Positions 40,262 to 50,286 of a DNA stretch of 64,000 nucleotides are shown piece by piece. The DNA is from Escherichia coli. GTDB lineage: Bacteria; Pseudomonadota; Gammaproteobacteria; Enterobacterales; Enterobacteriaceae. The stretch is from assembly GCF_046105845.1 (NCBI RefSeq), contig NZ_CP151004.1, one strand, 5' to 3'. A model generated the notes under the pieces. It worked only from the letters and a program-made list of their open reading frames with translations. It was not told where the DNA came from and searched no databases. Within the stretch, counting starts at the first letter, position 1. Each line of letters begins with the position of its first letter. Position numbers and translations under genes: made by a program.

Positions 40262-40933
40262 ATGCAGTACCCGATTAACGAGATGTTCCAGACCCTGCAA
40301 GGTGAGGGTTACTTTACCGGCGTCCCCGCTATTTTTATTCGTTTACAGGGATGCCCGGTTGGCTGTGCCTGGTGCGACACCAAACACACCTGGGAAAAGC
40401 TTGAGGATCGGGAAGTCTCCCTTTTCAGCATTCTGGGTAAAACGAAAGAGAGTGATAAGTGGGGAGCAGCAAGCAGTGAAGACTTACTCGCAGTCATCGG
40501 TCGTCAGGGATACACCGCGCGTCACGTGGTGATTACGGGTGGTGAACCTTGTATTCATGACTTGATGCCACTAACTGACCTGCTCGAAAAGAACGGTTTT
40601 AGCTGCCAGATCGAAACCAGTGGTACTCATGAAGTACGCTGCACACCGAATACCTGGGTTACCGTATCGCCAAAGCTGAACATGCGCGGCGGCTATGAAG
40701 TGTTGTCACAGGCACTGGAGCGAGCCAACGAAATCAAGCATCCAGTGGGACGCGTACGTGATATTGAAGCACTGGATGAACTTTTGGCGACGCTGACCGA
40801 TGATAAACCGCGAGTCATTGCACTGCAGCCGATTAGCCAAAAGGATGATGCCACACGTTTGTGCATTGAAACTTGCATTGCGCGTAACTGGCGTTTGTCG
40901 ATGCAAACACATAAATATTTAAATATTGCCTGA
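40262..40933 (+). CDS. queE: 7-carboxy-7-deazaguanine synthase QueE (radical SAM)
   Basis: 223 aa; radical-SAM cysteine cluster RLQGCPVGCAWCDTKH. Confidence 0.9.
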   Translation: MQYPINEMFQTLQGEGYFTGVPAIFIRLQGCPVGCAWCDTKHTWEKLEDREVSLFSILGKTKESDKWGAASSEDLLAVIGRQGYTARHVVITGGEPCIHDLMPLTDLLEKNGFSCQIETSGTHEVRCTPNTWVTVSPKLNMRGGYEVLSQALERANEIKHPVGRVRDIEALDELLATLTDDKPRVIALQPISQKDDATRLCIETCIARNWRLSMQTHKYLNIA

Positions 40934-41029
40934 TTACACATTTATATGCGTTATAAATGGGTGGAACCTGTAAAGACTTCCACTCATTTATATTTTTTGT
41001 CGCCTCTGAAAACTCATCCATTTTGCCCA

Positions 41030-41272
41030 TTCTGGACTAATCATTGTCATTCTCTACAAATTCTGTAGCGTTAATTTTTCTCTGGGGTGAAAATTATTAC
41101 GTCGGAGTTTGGTAGATTTTAGTTTGTATAGAGTTATTTTAAATATTTACCTTTTCAATCAATGGATTAAGTGCTCTTTAACATAATAGATGTGTTGTTT
41201 GTGTGATACTGTAAAGTTGGTAGATTGTGACTGGCTTAAAAAATCATTAATTAATAATAGGTTATGTTTAGA
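41030..41272 (+). promoter_or_regulatory. CRISPR leader (AT-rich; promoter and integration-host signals)
   Basis: AT-rich sequence ending ...tggtagattgtgactggcttaaaaaatcattaattaataataggttatgtttaga immediately before repeat 1; the degenerate repeat is at the opposite end of the array. Confidence 0.75.
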
Positions 41273-42643
41273 GAGTTCCCCGCGCCAGCGGGGATAAACC
41301 GTTGTCCTGCTGAACCAAGTAAGCCACTGACAAGAGTTCCCCGCGCCAGCGGGGATAAACCGCATTATATCCTGTGCGTCGTTCATTTATTTACGAGTTC
41401 CCCGCGCCAGCGGGGATAAACCGGCCGCCGCATGGCAAAACAAACATCGGGGTACGAGTTCCCCGCGCCAGCGGGGATAAACCGGAACGGCGGCTATACG
41501 GATTCGACAGGTCAGCGAGTTCCCCGCGCCAGCGGGGATAAACCGGATTGAATGCAGATGGTTCAATGCTCGCATTCGAGTTCCCCGCGCCAGCGGGGAT
41601 AAACCGCCACGCGTGCTTTGAGTGGATGGTGTCGCTTGGAGTTCCCCGCGCCAGCGGGGATAAACCGATACATTATTAAGCGGGCAATTTTTCCAGTTTG
41701 AGTTCCCCGCGCCAGCGGGGATAAACCGAACGGCACGGCCTGCCGCCACGTCCCGCAGCTGAGTTCCCCGCGCCAGCGGGGATAAACCGGGGCCGTGTTT
41801 TCTAACGGATTCGCACATTGCGAGTTCCCCGCGCCAGCGGGGATAAACCGCAGCAGTTCAATACTGAAATCAACATGCCGATGAGTTCCCCGCGCCAGCG
41901 GGGATAAACCGCGCGGTGGGGTTTCATTCGCATCAATTCAAGGGAGTTCCCCGCGCCAGCGGGGATAAACCGGCGGTGAGTGAGAAAATCAGGACGGCTG
42001 CGAGGAGTTCCCCGCGCCAGCGGGGATAAACCGCGCCAAATATGCTGGTGGACTTCTACGCCGATGAGTTCCCCGCGCCAGCGGGGATAAACCGCTATCG
42101 ACGGTCAAGAAAATCCACCGGAAGAAGAGTTCCCCGCGCCAGCGGGGATAAACCGGCAGCAATATATTTGACATAATAGATAACCCGGAGTTCCCCGCGC
42201 CAGCGGGGATAAACCGACGCCAGGGGAGATATAACGCGCCTGTTATGGGAGTTCCCCGCGCCAGCGGGGATAAACCGGTCTTAACTAAAAGATGACCATT
42301 CAGTCGCAGGAGTTCCCCGCGCCAGCGGGGATAAACCGCGGCCCATAATATTAATATAATCCACATGAGGGAGTTCCCCGCGCCAGCGGGGATAAACCGC
42401 GCCGGAAATCATCGTTCTGTAATTGTCTAGCGAGTTCCCCGCGCCAGCGGGGATAAACCGCCCTGTTTGTTATTCCCATTATACGTATAAGAGAGTTCCC
42501 CGCGCCAGCGGGGATAAACCGCTTCTGGCTGGAGGTGGAGAAACGGAGGCAATGAGTTCCCCGCGTTAGCGGGGATAAACCGGATTTAGAGAGCCAGACG
42601 TTGGTCAGTTATTCGAGTTCCCCGCGTCAGCGGGGATAACCAT
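41273..42643 (+). CRISPR. Type I-E CRISPR array, 23 repeats / 22 spacers
   Basis: 29-bp repeat GAGTTCCCCGCGCCAGCGGGGATAAACCG recurs at exactly 61-bp period from 41273 to 42615; 32-bp unique spacers; repeat 22 has C>T (GCGTTAGCGGGG); terminal repeat degenerate (GCGTCAGCGGGGATAACCA). Confidence 0.97.
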
Positions 42644-42655
42644 TCAGGTATGTTC

Positions 42656-42681
42656 AGGCCGGGCAGTTTCCCGCCCGGCCT
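42656..42681. terminator. GC hairpin between array end and ygcE stop (possible bidirectional terminator)
   Basis: aggccgggcagtttcccgcccggcct perfect stem-loop; no clear U-tract, so terminator function is uncertain. Confidence 0.4.
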
Positions 42682-42688
42682 TCCTCAC

Positions 42689-44167
42689 TTACGCATTCGA
42701 CCAGCTCTGGATCGAATCTTCATTCCCCAATTCCCCATGCATCACTTCATACGATTTTTTCAGGATCACATCAGTGTGTTTGGTTAGGTCTTTGAAAATG
42801 CCTTTATTCATCGCGTCGTAGCGTTTGGCGTTGCTCTCAACAGGCATAAAGATATCTTTCACGCGAACCATTTTGTCGACAGCCGTTGCGTAATCCGGGT
42901 ATAGCCCCAGACCTACCGCCGTATTAATCGCTGCCCCCAGGCTTGCACAACCATTAATGGCGTTACGGCGTGCCGGAAGGTTGAACACGTCGGCAAAAAT
43001 CTGCATAAACAGATCGCTGTTCGAACCGCCGCCAGTAATGATCACATGCTTTGCAAAGTGATTCATTTCATTACACATATTGTCGTAATTGTTCTTCAGC
43101 GTCAGCGCCACGCTTTCCAGTATCGAACGATATATCCATGCGTAATCCATGCTGGAATCAAAGCCGATCATAATCCCGCGTTTGTACGGTTCCCACGGAT
43201 TGGTCAGCCAGTCCAGCACCGTCATCAGACCATTACAGCCAGGCGGCACACAAGACGCTTTTTTGTTGAGCAAATCTTCCGGTGAAAGATCCTGTGCTTT
43301 GGCATCCTGAATTAACGACTCGCCTAACATGTCGCGTAGCCAGCTCACCGTCCACATGCCTTTGCGGATACCGTAACCTTCATACAGCAAGGTTTGTGGA
43401 ATAGAAGACATAATCGGCCAGTACGCTACCGGATCTTTCGGCAGTGCTTTGCCGTTCATCATCAACGCGATGTAAGTGCCAAGAGAAATTACCGCAGTTT
43501 CATCATCCAGTAACCCGGCTCCCAGTGCTTCTACCGGTTTATCACTGGTGGTACAAACAACCGGCAGCCCAGCCGGGAAATGTGTAGCCAGCGCGGCTTG
43601 AGGAGTGATATGCCCAAGAACAGTGCCCGGCATTTGCACATCAAACAGCATATGACGGGGGATATTAAACTTCTCCATGACTGCGGCATCTTCACTCCAT
43701 GCCCAGGTCTTATAATCCACCGGCCACTGACCAAAATAGTTGGCGATATTGTCTTTAAACTCGCCGGTTAAGCGATGCGTCAGATAACCTGAAAAAGAGG
43801 TGACATATGCCACGTCAGGATTCGTATGTTCGTAAGGGCGTGTAACGCGTGCATCCTGCCAGCTAATCAACGGCGCAGCTGGCGTGCCATCGGCTTTCAA
43901 TAACGCACGGCAGCAACGGATGGATCCCAGACCAATACCGACAATATCTTCTTTATTTCCGGCAAACTGACTCATCAAATCGTGACCGGCAAAACATAAT
44001 GATGCCCATAAATCGTCGTCAGGATGTTCTGCGGTATCGGCATCTGGCGTGTGCATCGGCTGTAATAAGCCTTTGCCTTCGCAAACCACGTTACCTTCCA
44101 GATCGTACATCACCACTTTTGTGCTCTGACTTCCGCCATCAATCCCTATGATGTATTTTTTCGACAT
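42689..44167 (-). CDS. ygcE: FGGY-family carbohydrate kinase YgcE (substrate unknown)
   Basis: 492 aa MSKKYIIGIDGGSQSTKVVMYD; FGGY N- and C-terminal domains. Confidence 0.85.
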   Translation of the reverse strand: MSKKYIIGIDGGSQSTKVVMYDLEGNVVCEGKGLLQPMHTPDADTAEHPDDDLWASLCFAGHDLMSQFAGNKEDIVGIGLGSIRCCRALLKADGTPAAPLISWQDARVTRPYEHTNPDVAYVTSFSGYLTHRLTGEFKDNIANYFGQWPVDYKTWAWSEDAAVMEKFNIPRHMLFDVQMPGTVLGHITPQAALATHFPAGLPVVCTTSDKPVEALGAGLLDDETAVISLGTYIALMMNGKALPKDPVAYWPIMSSIPQTLLYEGYGIRKGMWTVSWLRDMLGESLIQDAKAQDLSPEDLLNKKASCVPPGCNGLMTVLDWLTNPWEPYKRGIMIGFDSSMDYAWIYRSILESVALTLKNNYDNMCNEMNHFAKHVIITGGGSNSDLFMQIFADVFNLPARRNAINGCASLGAAINTAVGLGLYPDYATAVDKMVRVKDIFMPVESNAKRYDAMNKGIFKDLTKHTDVILKKSYEVMHGELGNEDSIQSWSNA

Positions 44168-44193
44168 GATTTTTCTCCTGTAATTTTCTGGAC

Positions 44194-45471
44194 TTACTTG
44201 CTGCTAGCCATAGCAGGGGCGCTATCAGCAGTACGAATTTTTTGGAACAGCAAAAAGGTAAAGACGATCACCATGGCAAGCGCCGCCATGCCCATCAGCC
44301 ACATATTGCGGTAGGCTTCTGCAGCGGGCAGGGTGTCTTGCCAGTAGCCGATAATCGGGTAAACGAAGACATCCGGCAGGAATCCAATCACCGAACAAAT
44401 ACCTACCGTGGTGCCCATAATGTAAGACGGTGTTCTCGCTTCGCCAGGGCAGGCCCAGTACAGCCCGCGTGAGGCGTAACAGGTGAATCCCAGCAGTAAA
44501 ATCAGGCCAATCCCCATCGCGACCGATTGCGGGTTAGAGTTCGTGACGAGCAGGGCAGTTAACGCCAGCAAGCCGAGTACGGAAAGGATTTGGATCACGC
44601 GGGTAGGGGATTTCACTTTGCTGTAGGTGGTGATAATGCCACCAAGTGGGCCGCACAGCGCGCGGAAGATTTTGTTGATCACAATCCCCATGTAGCTCGC
44701 CGCCACCAGCGACATGCCGTACATTTCGGTCAGATAGTTGGTGGAGTAACTCAGAATGGCGTAGATGGTGAAGACACCAAAAATCACCATGCTGCAATAC
44801 CAGGTGGTTCTGATGCGCAAAACGGCCAGGATGTCGCTAAGCTGGAATGAATGTTTTTCTTCGTTATTGGTATTGCGCAGGTTGTTGTTATCGCTGACAA
44901 AAAACCAACACAAAATGCCCAGCAGAATGTAAACCACACTATAGATAATAATGACCGTTTTCAGGCTGGCGCTGTCATCCGGTGCAAAGCGAGAAAAGAC
45001 CCACATGGTAAACACCGCCAGCGACATTACACCGACGCCGCGCAGCCCTTCCATCCAGCCCATAATTTTCCCTTGCTCGCTATGATCGCCCAGCAACGAT
45101 GCGGCTTTAATCGACACCGACCACAGCATTAAAATCGTCGTTATCGCAAAGGCGACCTGAATACAGAGCATTACCCACAGCGGTGGATATGTTGCCATTA
45201 ACAGACCCAGTAATCCGGTAATGATCATCGCGGAAGTAATCATTTTGCGGTGTGAAAATTTATCGGCAATAACGCCGCTGGGGGCATAAAGAATAATAGC
45301 CGCAATACCAAAGGTACTCATTATTAAACCTATCTCGGTATTGCTGAATCCCATAAATTTCGCCATGGGAATTTGATAAATATAACGTAAATAAGCCAGG
45401 TCGAAACTAACGCCGCCGCTAAAACTAATTATCGCGAGGGTTATCCAACGGCGATATGAGTTGTGTTGCAT
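44194..45471 (-). CDS. yqcE: MFS transporter YqcE
   Basis: 425 aa, about 12 TM segments. Confidence 0.85.
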   Translation of the reverse strand: MQHNSYRRWITLAIISFSGGVSFDLAYLRYIYQIPMAKFMGFSNTEIGLIMSTFGIAAIILYAPSGVIADKFSHRKMITSAMIITGLLGLLMATYPPLWVMLCIQVAFAITTILMLWSVSIKAASLLGDHSEQGKIMGWMEGLRGVGVMSLAVFTMWVFSRFAPDDSASLKTVIIIYSVVYILLGILCWFFVSDNNNLRNTNNEEKHSFQLSDILAVLRIRTTWYCSMVIFGVFTIYAILSYSTNYLTEMYGMSLVAASYMGIVINKIFRALCGPLGGIITTYSKVKSPTRVIQILSVLGLLALTALLVTNSNPQSVAMGIGLILLLGFTCYASRGLYWACPGEARTPSYIMGTTVGICSVIGFLPDVFVYPIIGYWQDTLPAAEAYRNMWLMGMAALAMVIVFTFLLFQKIRTADSAPAMASSK

Positions 45472-45789
45472 ATCGTATTCCCATTTGTAATAGACAAAAA
45501 AAAGAGAAAAGTAAGCCGCCCTTTCAGGTGGATTACTTTTCTCAGGTCTCTAGTAATTGCAATAAGAAATAACATGGAAAGCAGTGGTGTTGTGTGAGAG
45601 TAATCACGCTTCTGCTTTTTAAAATTATTTGACAATTCGAATATCACACTGTGATTACGATCACATTAGCGATTATGCCCTTATGATAAAAATTATCTCC
45701 AGTTACCAGAGATAATGAGAAAGGTAACTTCCCTCTCGCGGGGGAAGTTACCTTTCTTTTTTTTTGCCTTACGGAAATTGGAGCTAACT

Positions 45790-46575
45790 ATGTCAATCGA
45801 ATCTCTCAATGCGTTCTCAATGGATTTTTTCTCCCTGAAAGGTAAAACCGCAATTGTTACCGGCGGGAATAGCGGTTTAGGCCAGGCATTTGCCATGGCG
45901 CTGGCCAAAGCAGGCGCAAATATCTTTATTCCAAGCTTCGTTAAAGATAACGGAGAAACAAAGGAAATGATTGAAAAACAGGGTGTTGAGGTGGACTTCA
46001 TGCAGGTGGATATCACCGCAGAAGGCGCGCCGCAGAAGATAATCGCCGCCTGTTGCGAACGTTTCGGTACCGTCGATATTCTGATTAACAATGCCGGTAT
46101 TTGTAAGCTGAATAAGGTGCTGGACTTCGGTCGTGCCGACTGGGACCCGATGATTGATGTGAACCTGACCGCCGCATTCGAGTTAAGCTATGAAGCGGCA
46201 AAAATTATGATCCCGCAGAAAAGCGGTAAAATCATTAATATCTGTTCATTGTTCTCTTACTTAGGTGGACAATGGTCACCTGCTTATTCTGCCACTAAAC
46301 ATGCTCTTGCCGGATTCACCAAAGCCTATTGCGATGAATTAGGTCAATATAATATTCAGGTGAATGGTATTGCTCCGGGATATTACGCTACCGATATCAC
46401 TCTGGCGACCCGTAGTAATCCAGAAACTAACCAGCGCGTTCTTGATCATATTCCGGCAAACCGTTGGGGCGATACTCAGGATTTAATGGGCGCAGCCGTA
46501 TTCCTCGCAAGTCCGGCATCGAATTATGTCAACGGACATTTATTAGTGGTTGATGGCGGTTATTTAGTGCGCTAA
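45790..46575 (+). CDS. ygcW: short-chain dehydrogenase/reductase YgcW (KduD/gluconate 5-dehydrogenase-like)
   Basis: ORF 45715 trimmed to MSIESLNAFS start; SDR cofactor motif TGGNSGLGQA and catalytic YSATK. Confidence 0.8.
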   Translation: MSIESLNAFSMDFFSLKGKTAIVTGGNSGLGQAFAMALAKAGANIFIPSFVKDNGETKEMIEKQGVEVDFMQVDITAEGAPQKIIAACCERFGTVDILINNAGICKLNKVLDFGRADWDPMIDVNLTAAFELSYEAAKIMIPQKSGKIINICSLFSYLGGQWSPAYSATKHALAGFTKAYCDELGQYNIQVNGIAPGYYATDITLATRSNPETNQRVLDHIPANRWGDTQDLMGAAVFLASPASNYVNGHLLVVDGGYLVR

Positions 46576-46644
46576 TCCATAACGGTGGTTTCTGTTTTCT
46601 CTTATTAATGATTATTCCATTTTTATTATCAGGAAGGAATTACT

Positions 46645-48099
46645 ATGTCTTTATCTCGCGCAGCGATTGTCGACCAGCTAAAGGAAATTGTTGGTGCAGA
46701 TCGCGTAATTACCGATGAAACAGTATTAAAGAAAAACAGTATTGACCGTTTTCGTAAATTTCCGGATATTCATGGTATTTATACTTTGCCGATTCCGGCA
46801 GCGGTCGTAAAACTCGGTTCCACAGAACAAGTCTCCCGTGTGCTGAATTTTATGAATGCGCACAAAATTAACGGTGTGCCGCGTACCGGCGCTTCCGCCA
46901 CTGAAGGTGGGCTGGAAACCGTTGTGGAAAACTCGGTGGTGCTCGACGGCTCCGCCATGAATCAAATCATTAATATTGATATTGAGAATATGCAGGCCAC
47001 GGCGCAATGTGGTGTTCCGCTGGAAGTGCTGGAAAACGCGTTGCGTGAAAAAGGTTACACCACGGGGCATTCTCCGCAGTCAAAGCCGCTGGCGCAGATG
47101 GGCGGCCTGGTAGCAACCCGCAGTATCGGGCAGTTCTCCACACTCTACGGCGCAATCGAAGATATGGTCGTTGGTCTGGAAGCGGTACTGGCAGATGGCA
47201 CCGTAACACGCATTAAAAACGTACCACGCCGCGCGGCAGGCCCGGACATTCGCCACATCATCATCGGCAACGAAGGTGCATTGTGCTATATCACTGAAGT
47301 AACAGTGAAAATCTTTAAGTTCACCCCGGAAAACAACCTCTTCTACGGCTATATCCTGGAAGACATGAAAACCGGCTTCAACATCCTGCGTGAAATCATG
47401 GTGGAAGGGTATCGTCCGTCGATCGCTCGTTTGTATGACGCTGAAGATGGCACCCAACACTTCACCCATTTTGCCGATGGTAAATGTGTGCTGATCTTTA
47501 TGGCTGAAGGTAACCCTCGCATTGCGAAGGCGACAGGCGAAGGGATTGCGGAAATCGTGGCACGTTACCCGCAATGCCAGCGAGTGGACAGCAAGCTGAT
47601 CGAAACCTGGTTTAATCACCTGAACTGGGGGCCGGATAAAGTGGCCGCTGAACGTGTGCAGATCCTCAAAACCGGCAACATGGGCTTTACCACCGAAGTG
47701 TCCGGCTGCTGGAGCTGCATCCACGAAATCTACGAAAGCGTTATTAACCGTATTCGTACCGAGTTCCCGCACGCCGACGACATCACCATGCTGGGCGGTC
47801 ACTCCTCTCACAGCTACCAGAACGGCACCAACATGTACTTCGTTTACGACTACAACGTTGTTGACTGTAAGCCGGAAGAGGAAATCGACAAGTACCACAA
47901 TCCGCTCAACAAAATCATCTGCGAAGAAACCATTCGCCTCGGCGGTTCGATGGTGCACCACCACGGTATTGGTAAACATCGCGTTCACTGGAGCAAACTG
48001 GAACACGGCAGCGCGTGGACGTTGCTGGAAGGTCTGAAAAAACAGTTCGATCCTAACGGCATTATGAATACGGGTACTATCTATCCGATTGAAAAATAA
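46645..48099 (+). CDS. ygcU: FAD-linked oxidase YgcU (GlcD / alkyl-DHAP synthase-like)
   Basis: 484 aa; FAD-binding PCMH-type domain. Confidence 0.85.
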   Translation: MSLSRAAIVDQLKEIVGADRVITDETVLKKNSIDRFRKFPDIHGIYTLPIPAAVVKLGSTEQVSRVLNFMNAHKINGVPRTGASATEGGLETVVENSVVLDGSAMNQIINIDIENMQATAQCGVPLEVLENALREKGYTTGHSPQSKPLAQMGGLVATRSIGQFSTLYGAIEDMVVGLEAVLADGTVTRIKNVPRRAAGPDIRHIIIGNEGALCYITEVTVKIFKFTPENNLFYGYILEDMKTGFNILREIMVEGYRPSIARLYDAEDGTQHFTHFADGKCVLIFMAEGNPRIAKATGEGIAEIVARYPQCQRVDSKLIETWFNHLNWGPDKVAAERVQILKTGNMGFTTEVSGCWSCIHEIYESVINRIRTEFPHADDITMLGGHSSHSYQNGTNMYFVYDYNVVDCKPEEEIDKYHNPLNKIICEETIRLGGSMVHHHGIGKHRVHWSKLEHGSAWTLLEGLKKQFDPNGIMNTGTIYPIEK

Positions 48100-48191
48100 T
48101 ATGTCAGGCAGCGTTCCGCTATGAGGGGCGTTGCCTTTTCGGCTTCTCAGGCGAGAAGCCGTTCTTATTACCGGACAATGAAGGGGTAAAG

Positions 48192-49529
48192 ATGAACACT
48201 TCACCGGTGCGAATGGATGATTTACCGCTTAACCGTTTTCACTGTCGAATTGCTGCGCTCACTTTCGGCGCGCACCTGACCGACGGTTATGTTCTCGGCG
48301 TCATTGGTTACGCCATTATTCAGCTTACACCCGCCATGCAACTGACGCCGTTTATGGCGGGAATGATTGGCGGCTCAGCACTCCTTGGTTTGTTTCTTGG
48401 CAGCCTGGTTCTGGGCTGGATCTCCGACCATATTGGGCGACAAAAAATCTTCACCTTCAGCTTTTTGCTGATTACGCTTGCTTCGTTTTTACAATTTTTT
48501 GCCACCACGCCAGAGCATCTTATTGGACTGCGCATTTTGATTGGCATTGGTCTGGGAGGCGATTACTCAGTCGGTCACACCTTGCTGGCTGAATTTTCCC
48601 CGCGCCGCCATCGCGGTGTTTTGCTGGGCGCATTCAGCGTAGTGTGGACGGTGGGCTATGTGCTGGCAAGCATTGCCGGACATCACTTTATTAGCGAAAG
48701 CCCGGAGGCCTGGCGCTGGCTGCTGGCATCGGCAGCTCTGCCCGCATTGTTGATTACGTTATTACGCTGGGGAACGCCAGAATCGCCACGCTGGCTACTG
48801 CGCCAGGGGCGTTTTGCAGAAGCTCACGCTATCGTGCATCGCTATTTTGGTCCCCATGTTTTACTGGGCGATGAAGTGGCAACGGCGACCCATAAACACA
48901 TCAAAACCTTGTTCTCTTCGCGCTACTGGCGGCGCACGGCGTTTAACAGCGTCTTCTTTGTCTGCCTCGTAATCCCATGGTTTGTGATTTATACCTGGCT
49001 GCCAACTATCGCCCAGACTATTGGTCTGGAAGATGCGTTGACTGCCAGCCTGATGCTTAATGCGTTGTTAATTGTGGGTGCGCTGCTGGGATTAGTTCTG
49101 ACGCACCTGCTGGCACATCGCAAATTTTTGCTGGGAAGTTTTTTGCTGCTGGCGGCAACGCTGGCAGTGATGGCTTGTTTGCCTTCCGGCAGTTCATTAA
49201 CGCTGCTGCTTTTTGTTCTCTTCAGCACCACCATTTCGGCAGTCAGTAATCTGGTGGGCATTTTGCCTGCGGAAAGTTTTCCTACTGACATTCGCTCGCT
49301 GGGCGTCGGTTTTGCCACCGCCATGAGTCGACTTGGCGCGGCGGTAAGTACTGGCCTGCTGCCGTGGGTGCTGGCGCAGTGGGGAATGCAAGTCACCTTA
49401 TTGCTCCTGGCGGCAGTGTTGTTGGTTGGTTTTGTTGTGACCTGGCTATGGGCACCAGAAACCAAAGCACTCTCGCTGGTGGCGGCGGGAAATGTAGGAG
49501 GTGCGAATGAACATTCTGTTAGCGTTTAA
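48192..49529 (+). CDS. ygcS: MFS sugar-type transporter YgcS
   Basis: 445 aa, 12 TM, sugar-porter-like motifs (GRQKIF, PESPRWL). Confidence 0.85.
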   Translation: MNTSPVRMDDLPLNRFHCRIAALTFGAHLTDGYVLGVIGYAIIQLTPAMQLTPFMAGMIGGSALLGLFLGSLVLGWISDHIGRQKIFTFSFLLITLASFLQFFATTPEHLIGLRILIGIGLGGDYSVGHTLLAEFSPRRHRGVLLGAFSVVWTVGYVLASIAGHHFISESPEAWRWLLASAALPALLITLLRWGTPESPRWLLRQGRFAEAHAIVHRYFGPHVLLGDEVATATHKHIKTLFSSRYWRRTAFNSVFFVCLVIPWFVIYTWLPTIAQTIGLEDALTASLMLNALLIVGALLGLVLTHLLAHRKFLLGSFLLLAATLAVMACLPSGSSLTLLLFVLFSTTISAVSNLVGILPAESFPTDIRSLGVGFATAMSRLGAAVSTGLLPWVLAQWGMQVTLLLLAAVLLVGFVVTWLWAPETKALSLVAAGNVGGANEHSVSV

Positions 49530-50286
49530 AGCCGAACCGGATGCCGGAATGCTGGCGGAAAAAGAGTGGCAGGCGGCGGCTCAGGGTAATAGCGGACCGG
49601 ATGTTTCGCTTCTGCGAAGTTTACTCGGTGCTGATGAACAGGCTGCCGCCGCGCTGCTGTTGGCGCAGAGAAAAAACGGTACGTCGATGTCTTTAACCGC
49701 GTTGAGCATGGGGGATGAACGGGCGTTGCACTGGCTGCGCTATCTCATGGCCCTTGGGTTTGAGGAAGCTGTATTGCTGGAGACAGCGGCAGATCTGCGC
49801 TTTGCGCCGGAATTTGTCGCTCGCCATATTGCCGAATGGCAGCGTCAGAATCCGCTGGATCTGATAATTACCGGCTGCCAAAGCAGCGAAGGGCAGAATG
49901 GGCAAACGCCATTTTTGCTGGCGGAAATGCTGGGCTGGCCCTGCTTCACCCAGGTGGAGCGTTTCACTCTCGACGCGCCGTTTATCACCCTCGAACAGCG
50001 TACTGAACATGGGCTGCGCTGTTGCCGGGTTCGCTTGCCTGCGGTGATTGCCGTGCGCCAGTGCGGTGAAGTGGCCTTGCCAGTACCGGGAATGCGCCAG
50101 CGAATGGCGGCGGGGAAAGCAGAAATTATCCGTAAAACTGTTGCTGCCGAATTGCCAGCGATGCAGTGTCTGCAACTGGCAAGAGCAGAGCAACGACGCG
50201 GAGCGAGGCTGATTGATGGGCAAACGGTAGCAGAAAAAGCGCAAAAGCTATGGCAGGACTATTTACGCCAAAGGATGCGGCCATGA
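49507..50286 (+). CDS. ygcR: electron transfer flavoprotein beta-subunit-like YgcR (FixA-like)
   Basis: Start MNILLAFKAEPD; ETF-beta fold; overlaps ygcS 3' end and ygcQ start. Confidence 0.8.
   Translation: MNILLAFKAEPDAGMLAEKEWQAAAQGNSGPDVSLLRSLLGADEQAAAALLLAQRKNGTSMSLTALSMGDERALHWLRYLMALGFEEAVLLETAADLRFAPEFVARHIAEWQRQNPLDLIITGCQSSEGQNGQTPFLLAEMLGWPCFTQVERFTLDAPFITLEQRTEHGLRCCRVRLPAVIAVRQCGEVALPVPGMRQRMAAGKAEIIRKTVAAELPAMQCLQLARAEQRRGARLIDGQTVAEKAQKLWQDYLRQRMRP

Noticed and set aside
41159-42366. ORFs on the minus strand across the CRISPR array (41159..41386, 41387..41818, 41989..42366) encoding repeated FIPAGAGNS / VYPRWRGEL peptides
   Set aside because: These are translations of the 29-bp repeat at 61-bp period; the repeating peptide is an artefact of the array, not a gene.
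41273-42643. Calling the strain E. coli K-12 MG1655
   Set aside because: Gene content and protein sequences match K-12 as I recall them, but I recall the K-12 ygcE-queE array as shorter than 22 spacers; without an alignment I leave the strain unassigned.
47080-48204. 374-aa minus-strand ORF
   Set aside because: Antisense to ygcU, which has a clear FAD-oxidase signature; no RBS or recognisable domain.
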